Origin: Mytilus edulis
Taxonomy: Eukaryota
Length of the DNA stretch: 64,000 nt
Assembly: GCF_963676685.1 (NCBI RefSeq)
Contig: NC_092350.1
Coordinates: 8,928,001 to 8,992,000, forward strand
Direction: 5' to 3'
Both the position numbers and the translations under genes were made by a program. Shown here piece after piece: positions 62,201 to 64,000 of this stretch. The notes under the pieces were generated by a model. The model worked only from the letters and a program-made list of their open reading frames with translations, was not told the DNA's origin and ran no database searches. How positions within the stretch are numbered: the first letter of the stretch is position 1; each line of letters begins with the position of its first letter.

Positions 62201-63975
62201 ATTAATCTATTGTGTGTGAATGATATGTACAAAGTTACATTCTACGGAAAATACTACTTACTACGACAGTATGGCCTGTCAGGATAGAACCCATCATTAC
62301 AGCCAGCACATTCATTAGGTCTTGCACAGTATCCTCCACTGTTACGTTGTATATTTCCACCTCTGTATATTATTTTATCACTATTGTATTGTAAGTGACA
62401 TGCCTGTGGATTGATTTTGCCGGCGCAAATTGCTGAAAATGAAAAACAAAACAAACGATAACTTTATCAACAAAAATTGAGAATGTTGCCGTTGTTTGTA
62501 CCAGAACTATTTCATTTATTGGGATTTAAATTTGATAAAAAAAATGATTTATAACAAATCACTTGTTTATGGATACACATTATTCGAAATGCGTTGCAAG
62601 AAAATCATTAGATTATATGACATTTTCTATGTTAACAGTACGTGTAATTTTCAGCTCCAATCAGTACGTTTCTCATTTCAGTAAATGAAAGATTGTTTTT
62701 CAATGAAAATCTATATTATGGAAGGCTGTTTCTTGAGACACTTAGAAAAAAATGTGTGTTTATTTTGTGTAACAGTGGTCGTTAGCGTTTATTTAAACAT
62801 ATTATATTACTGTTTGACTGTCAATTACAAAAACAAATTGTTGTGTCTTTGCAAGCTTTATTTGTTGTCTTTGGCAATTGTTTAGTTTATTAATGGGTTT
62901 TCTCAATTTTATTCAAGAATTGAATGCTACTTTCTTATTGGGATGTAAAACGATGACCGAAGTTCGTTTTGTATGAAAAGTAGAAGCGCTTTAGTCTGAA
63001 TATGTTGGTTAAGTTAGTGCTTTTACCATCATTTGAAATTTCTAAACGAAGCATTTGACACTTAGAATAGGTGTTGTTGCAAGGATAATAAAACACGATT
63101 TCTATCTAGTTTATTTATTCACCTGTGAATTTTATGAAGAAGGTTTTATCATCATGATTGTTACTTTTCAATTTGATGCAAAGTTTATTATCAGAGTGAC
63201 ACGAGATTGCTGTTAGCAAATCAAAATAACGAATTATAATAAAACATACATGTTCATTTTTCTTGTGTTTTTATATAGATTAGACCGTTGCTTTTCCCGT
63301 TTGAATAGTATTACACTATTAATTCAGCTTGCTGTTTGGTGTGAGCTATATTAGTTTACTTTAAAATTGTGACTTGGATGAGAAGAAGTTTTATTGGCAC
63401 GCATACCACATTTTCTTATATCTATGTAATGTTATTAGCTGATGCACGTTATATATCTATGATGTAATTAACACATCTTTGGCTGCTGAGTCCGTTATAA
63501 CGTTAACTAATAGTGTGTCTGTATGGCTTGCTCACACTTTTTGCGGTCTAAATAAGGAAACAAAAGTCAACCGTCATACAAATTCGGTTACTTTAAAACA
63601 AGGCTTCACTCGTCATTTTCTGTGGTTGTTCTTACTGAGTGTCATTTTTCCATTTTTTATTGAATTTCAAATAATGGAATTATGGAGTTTTTGTTATGAA
63701 TCTCGTTAGGCACTTAAATCAAAACAATCAACTAGATATTCACATTTATGGATGATAGAATGACACATTCCAACACACATTTACTGGACAGTTTGTAACC
63801 GTCAATACGAATAATCAGCTGTTGTTTTCATGTATATTGACTTTCAAAACAAAATAACCAGCCCGTAAGCAATAACATTTTAAAATTATTTTCTATTACA
63901 AACTTACGGTTTGGACATCCATTGCCTTCGCTTCTGTAACCGGGGCAGCATTTCAGGTATGAATACTTTGTACTC
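7347..63975 (-). CDS. Giant multi-exon EMI/EGF + FN3-like repeat protein, uncharacterised; 5' end outside window; 51 exons, about 3,400 aa in window
   Basis: 51 exons with GT-AG boundaries whose phases chain without stops. Recurring motif D-x-[ST]-P-P-x-x-G-x-V-x-D-G ... W-x-G-F-x-D-x-x-S-G-I-x-x-Y-x-x-x-x-G ... A-x-N-x-A-G. Ends VNAAVKL-TGA. Confidence 0.9.
9114..9321 (-). CDS. Giant gene exon 50
   Basis: LTLQSHG...AVNKMYL; AG/GT, phase 0>1. Confidence 0.85.
9632..9963 (-). CDS. Giant gene exon 49
   Basis: GYQPYGNEI...CKNEAGL...WTGFEDLTGL. Confidence 0.9.
10438..11340 (-). mobile_element. HINE-like element related to the 5' part of 181-2570
   Basis: Reverse-complement similarity to 200-660; 3' hairpin CAATTGTTCAAAGAACAATTG plus subTIR GGTCTTTCC at 10442-10473. 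Confidence 0.7.
11456..11551 (-). CDS. Giant gene exon 48
   Basis: GSDIDAQ...NDAESGIDVCEWAV. Confidence 0.9.
12092..12304 (-). CDS. Giant gene exon 47
   Basis: GYTEGSTEV...ATNAAGL...VDLTAPDIRFVNDGI. Confidence 0.9.
12793..13566 (-). CDS. Giant gene exon 46 (774 bp; contains a CBM/DUF642-like domain)
   Basis: NIAANPSFE...ISQSLDNLIVGHLYRVTF...WHHHTFYF...ILFDDVKIQE. Confidence 0.9.
13945..13990 (+). ncRNA. Intact minimal type I hammerhead ribozyme (family A) within a ~190 bp repeat (about 13835-14025)
   Basis: Stem I GCGTCA/TGGCGT; core CTGATGA (13952-13958); stem II GTC-ttttgta-GAC; GAAA; palindromic stem III ACGCGCGT; cleavage triplet GTC ending at 13983. Confidence 0.85.
14121..14210 (+). 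mobile_element. Short 3'-terminal fragment of the Penelope-like family
   Basis: GTTGGTGACCTTCTG..TGGTCGGGTTGTTGTCTCTTT..CACATTCCCCATTTCCATTCTCAATT matches 60481-60563. Confidence 0.75.
14560..14766 (-). CDS. Giant gene exon 45
   Basis: GMHDTEYQ...WHGFSDRDSGITNY. Confidence 0.9.
15836..16039 (-). CDS. Giant gene exon 44
   Basis: GHDIHEV...VDSLPPVTGTVYDGI. Confidence 0.9.
16201..16348 (-). CDS. Giant gene exon 43
   Basis: VVEQIPGHWKKDVDY...STYPG. Confidence 0.9.
16520..16792. mobile_element. Palindromic MITE-like repeat; second copy in opposite orientation at about 45175-45420
   Basis: Internal inverted arms TCTATTCGAAATAACA..GTGCAC..TGTTATTTCTTCATAGACAG; shared GACGTCATCAACGTTTTTT block. 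Confidence 0.6.
16963..17105 (-). CDS. Giant gene exon 42
   Basis: GQRLKESPVSYSMFIRAWY...KSDGI. Confidence 0.9.
18394..18532. mobile_element. Small GC-rich MITE
   Basis: Imperfect TIRs CAGTGGCGGATCCAG / CTGAATCCTCCTCTG, flanked on both sides by TAAAT. Confidence 0.6.
18945..19105 (+). repeat. Decayed family A hammerhead-associated repeat (catalytic core lost)
   Basis: GGAACTTTTGGTCCTC..TCTTCAACTTTGTA..GCGCGCGTCTGGCGTATACAAA matches the flanks of 13945, but there is no CTGATGA. Confidence 0.55.
19616..20241. mobile_element. Foldback MITE (about 625 bp) with long inverted arms
   Basis: 19616-19920 is the reverse complement of 20011-20241 (e.g. AGTAAAATCGAGCACACATTTTACT; TCAGTACTTGATGATCTTGGTGTAGT), with extra GTCTCGAC subrepeats in the left arm. 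Confidence 0.8.
20507..20628 (-). CDS. Giant gene exon 41
   Basis: YEWTAGYSDKDEPEG...WHHAG. Confidence 0.9.
21319..21463 (-). CDS. Giant gene exon 40
   Basis: ANNNNLLGIYD...DIKYTPSNVALAAKW. Confidence 0.9.
22544..22706 (-). CDS. Giant gene exon 39 (Cys-rich module)
   Basis: IGLQSK...CSAVTCQGHCVCAAQGQRCTKRSC. Confidence 0.9.
23198..23341 (-). CDS. Giant gene exon 38
   Basis: ISGSPQEF...VSVWAVNQ. Confidence 0.9.
23746..23924 (-). CDS. Giant gene exon 37
   Basis: GMFAIRTD...WLGFTDLHTGIEKYSVSIGS. Confidence 0.9.
24758..24824 (-). promoter_or_regulatory. SECIS element (type II) in 3' UTR of the Penelope-like element, copy 1
   Basis: Minus strand reads TCATAT-atttt-ATGAT-AGTATGATACT-AAA-CCC-ctaac-GGG-a-GGGATTGTACC-TGAT-attc-ATATGA. 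Confidence 0.7.
24879..25658 (-). pseudogene. Reverse transcriptase C-terminal half (259 aa) of truncated PLE
   Basis: ORF track 24879-25658, with the catalytic YLDD. Confidence 0.85.
25818..25965 (+). mobile_element. SINE-like/retroposon fragment (related pieces at about 8745-8915 minus, 19220-19300, 35250-35400 minus, 54590-54770)
   Basis: Shared CTGTACCAAGTC.GGAATATGACAGTTGT..TTTGCCATTTGATTAGGGACTTTCCG..GAATTTTCCTCGGAGT. Confidence 0.6.
26402..26555 (-). CDS. Giant gene exon 36
   Basis: LNGIVREY...VCNGAKVC...VDSSPPTP. Confidence 0.9.
26900..27132 (-). CDS. Giant gene exon 35
   Basis: GLTTEATSNGFYIDNSPP...WEVEDKES. Confidence 0.9.
27512..27723 (-). CDS. Giant gene exon 34
   Basis: RYLSARWYGFTDPQSGI...KAYNKA. 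Confidence 0.9.
28182..28368 (-). CDS. Giant gene exon 33
   Basis: YYTTITACNTA...IDNSPPTQGIVLDG. Confidence 0.9.
28976..29467. repeat. 146-bp direct repeat (28976-29121, 29322-29467) bracketing a ~205 bp copy of 31321-31522
   Basis: Direct visual alignment; the repeat also contains a 17-bp tandem (CATGTCAGCATGCTATA)x3-4. Confidence 0.9.
29546..29822 (-). CDS. Giant gene exon 32
   Basis: AVNRANL...DMSPPVAGHVYDG...WEGYHDPHS. Confidence 0.9.
30169..30349 (-). CDS. Giant gene exon 31
   Basis: WRDVFLDKDSGIDHYLWSVGSHPG. Confidence 0.9.
30822..30957 (-). CDS. Giant gene exon 30
   Basis: ALDFATRS...IDGTPPEK. Confidence 0.9.
31478..31594 (-). CDS. Giant gene exon 29
   Basis: GSTKGGTDVFPY...LQNGHEYYATVK. 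Confidence 0.9.
31820..31925 (-). CDS. Giant gene exon 28
   Basis: SSSSDIFVSWDAFTD...SGIKEYQIGI. Confidence 0.9.
32385..32851 (+). mobile_element. Retrozyme-like unit: two tandem hammerhead motifs (family B), 329 nt period, both cores mutated
   Basis: Direct repeat 32385-32522 / 32714-32851, each with GCATC..AGA-GAC-atgtatt-GTC-GAAA..GCGC-ATC-TGGTGC; ATC triplets end at 32489 and 32818. Confidence 0.75.
32904..33124 (-). CDS. Giant gene exon 27
   Basis: DKEYVNI...CSDGVTVDLTPPTPGHVWIG. Confidence 0.9.
34001..34255 (-). CDS. Giant gene exon 26
   Basis: DGTKRDGYG...DVDYTP...YTWAV. Confidence 0.9.
34893..35088 (-). CDS. Giant gene exon 25
   Basis: IQFVVPL...IRGYNKAGIWS. Confidence 0.9.
36122..36280 (-). 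CDS. Giant gene exon 24
   Basis: LTVTFERMYDPD...YYEWALG. Confidence 0.9.
36823..37049 (-). CDS. Giant gene exon 23
   Basis: DIWKENRKF...LEPGKTY...VNPPSSG. Confidence 0.9.
37508..37646 (-). CDS. Giant gene exon 22
   Basis: DTRPTCVEDVEFQSSTTSLHVYW. Confidence 0.9.
38013..38058 (-). ncRNA. Intact minimal type I hammerhead ribozyme (family B), sense to host gene, within a repeat of about 37990-38147
   Basis: Minus strand reads GAGCATCA-CTGAAGA-GAC-atgtatt-GTC-GAA-ATGCGCAT-C-TGGTGC; stem I GCATCA/TGGTGC; palindromic stem III. Confidence 0.85.
38210..38349 (-). CDS. Giant gene exon 21
   Basis: VAPDLKLSHH...ISIRNL; phase 1>0 fits the chain. Confidence 0.75.
38585..38714 (-). CDS. Giant gene exon 20
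   Basis: KYYVTLEAGTTGGSVKVSSDG...IRDG. Confidence 0.9.
38998..39195 (-). CDS. Giant gene exon 19
   Basis: DIEDRDFT...WTGFIHPH...ACIGT. Confidence 0.9.
39513..39793 (-). CDS. Giant gene exon 18
   Basis: GHRPNMYDIQ...YYFTIKATNLAGL. Confidence 0.9.
40147..42390 (+). mobile_element. Inner HINE-like element with satellite core (close relative of 181-2570)
   Basis: 5' hairpin AGGTCTTTCCAC..GTGGAAAG, same CCAA/TCAA array, 3' GGAAAGAC plus CAATTGCTTTTTTAAAGCAATTG. Confidence 0.75.
41321..41469. other. Assembly gap (N run)
   Basis: Run of n characters inside the satellite array. Confidence 1.
43602..43758 (-). CDS. Giant gene exon 17
   Basis: SIGPFIVDTTKP...AFEDPDD...KYAV. Confidence 0.9.
44415..45137. 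repeat. ~130 bp inverted repeat (44415-44544 vs 45008-45137)
   Basis: CTAAAACTTTATGTCCTATGACTTTCTGTCCGT vs ACGGACAGAAAGTCACAGGACATAAAGTTTTAG, and adjacent sequence. Confidence 0.8.
46154..46372 (-). CDS. Giant gene exon 16
   Basis: FKMSWKPAIEANLIHDYEVG...KSISKAG. Confidence 0.85.
46820..46943 (-). CDS. Giant gene exon 15
   Basis: VLNLENVTILP...SKEIQ; phase 2>0 fits the chain. Confidence 0.75.
48153..48427 (-). CDS. Giant gene exon 14
   Basis: TKETYNTF...VAVNRAKENSNVVCSDG. Confidence 0.9.
48817..49017 (-). CDS. Giant gene exon 13
   Basis: ITIDVSPPHEGYVHDG...WEGFFDRESGV. Confidence 0.9.
49684..49908 (-). CDS. Giant gene exon 12
   Basis: NITDCQ...CYCTSFHGC...YYIEVTVVNKA. Confidence 0.9.
50325..51295 (-). 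mobile_element. HINE-like element of a different family
   Basis: Terminal hairpin ATACGATGCAAA..TTTGCGGTCATAT (51261-51290) next to a (GAC)n microsatellite; matching subTIR ATACGACCGCA at 50359; internal ~170 bp tandem repeats. Boundaries approximate. Confidence 0.5.
52057..52183 (-). CDS. Giant gene exon 11
   Basis: IEWNTFDYHSGIDNLEW. Confidence 0.9.
52481..52635 (+). repeat. Highly decayed family A hammerhead repeat
   Basis: GTCCTCAAATCTCCTCAACTTCG..CTGATTG..TGTGTAGACGAAAC..GTCAGGCGT..TATGATAAGTTTATTT resembles 13880-14025. Confidence 0.45.
53027..53321 (-). CDS. Giant gene exon 10
   Basis: GVVRFETQF...VRAFD...DISPPEIENLW. Confidence 0.9.
53645..53993 (-). CDS. Giant gene exon 9
   Basis: SEFSVTKTGMYSVIFTAIDKAGN. 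Confidence 0.9.
55573..55734 (-). CDS. Giant gene exon 8
   Basis: STIQLQWNNWIDDLAGIGSYYYEV. Confidence 0.9.
56098..56332 (-). CDS. Giant gene exon 7
   Basis: VIYSFEITNGG...HWDLDEP...DVTTN. Confidence 0.9.
57083..57224 (-). CDS. Giant gene exon 6
   Basis: DTNHTIPP...FQHDDR; supplies the required phase 1>2 link. Confidence 0.8.
57800..58078 (-). CDS. Giant gene exon 5
   Basis: IRNSTISY...KLTLVR. Confidence 0.85.
59030..59143 (-). CDS. Giant gene exon 4 (EGF-like)
   Basis: TCSWRTDSTRCYPGTCG...CKCLDGFGGHHCDH. Confidence 0.9.
59200..60563 (+). mobile_element. 5'-truncated Penelope-like retroelement, Naiad-type, copy 2 (frameshifted near 59765)
   Basis: Same RT peptide as copy 1 (FRYLDD, YDKRDDF); stop TAA at 59932-59934; same 3' UTR ending CCCCATTTCCATTCTCAATTTTA. 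Confidence 0.85.
59976..60042 (+). promoter_or_regulatory. SECIS element (type II) in 3' UTR of the Penelope-like element, copy 2
   Basis: ATGAC (59987) - GGTATGATACT - AAA - CCC ctaac GGG - a - AGGATTGTGCC - TGAT (60029). This gives the quartet, an 11-bp helix II, unpaired AAA and an apical mini-stem. Confidence 0.75.
60796..60960 (-). CDS. Giant gene exon 3 (Cys-rich)
   Basis: CPPIAHCKHRQC..HCQYCDG...FKNCI. Confidence 0.9.
61433..61829. mobile_element. MITE with ~60 bp near-perfect TIRs, probable TA target site
   Basis: AATAGACCACTTTCGAGTTCATCCGTCACCGG.. vs ..CCGGTGACGGATGAACTCGAAAGTGGTCTATT. Confidence 0.85.
62262..62432 (-). CDS. Giant gene exon 2 (EGF/NIM-like)
   Basis: PICAG..C...GGYCARPNECAGCNDGFYPDRPYC. 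Confidence 0.9.
63908..63975 (-). CDS. Giant gene exon 1 in window (C-terminal part of EMI-like domain)
   Basis: STKYSYLKCCPGYRSEGNGCPN; tttcag acceptor and gtaagt donor. Confidence 0.85.
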
Positions 63976-64000
63976 CTGAAACAAGGCACATTAATTTGTG

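Overview
AT-rich animal genomic DNA, most likely a bivalve mollusc such as Mytilus (inferred from repeat families and gene types). There are two minus-strand genes. The first is a Toll-like receptor (LRR-TM-TIR, 3105-5210). The second is a giant gene whose 5' end lies beyond the window. I traced it by hand as 51 GT-AG exons with consistent phases (63975 down to 7347; 10,213 coding nt, about 3,400 aa). Its architecture is EMI(CCPGY), then Cys-rich/EGF modules, then about 20 FN3/Ig-like repeats with an inserted carbohydrate-binding-like domain, and it has no transmembrane segment. The introns are full of mobile DNA. Two 5'-truncated Penelope-like (Naiad-type) retroelements each carry a textbook type II SECIS hairpin just after the RT stop codon, which points to a selenoprotein-coding retrotransposon family. 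Two families of minimal type I hammerhead ribozymes occur, including a 329-nt retrozyme-like unit. There are also nested Helentron-like (HINE) elements with satellite cores, several MITE/foldback elements, and at least three locally templated duplications or inversions. Two assembly gaps fall inside the satellite cores.
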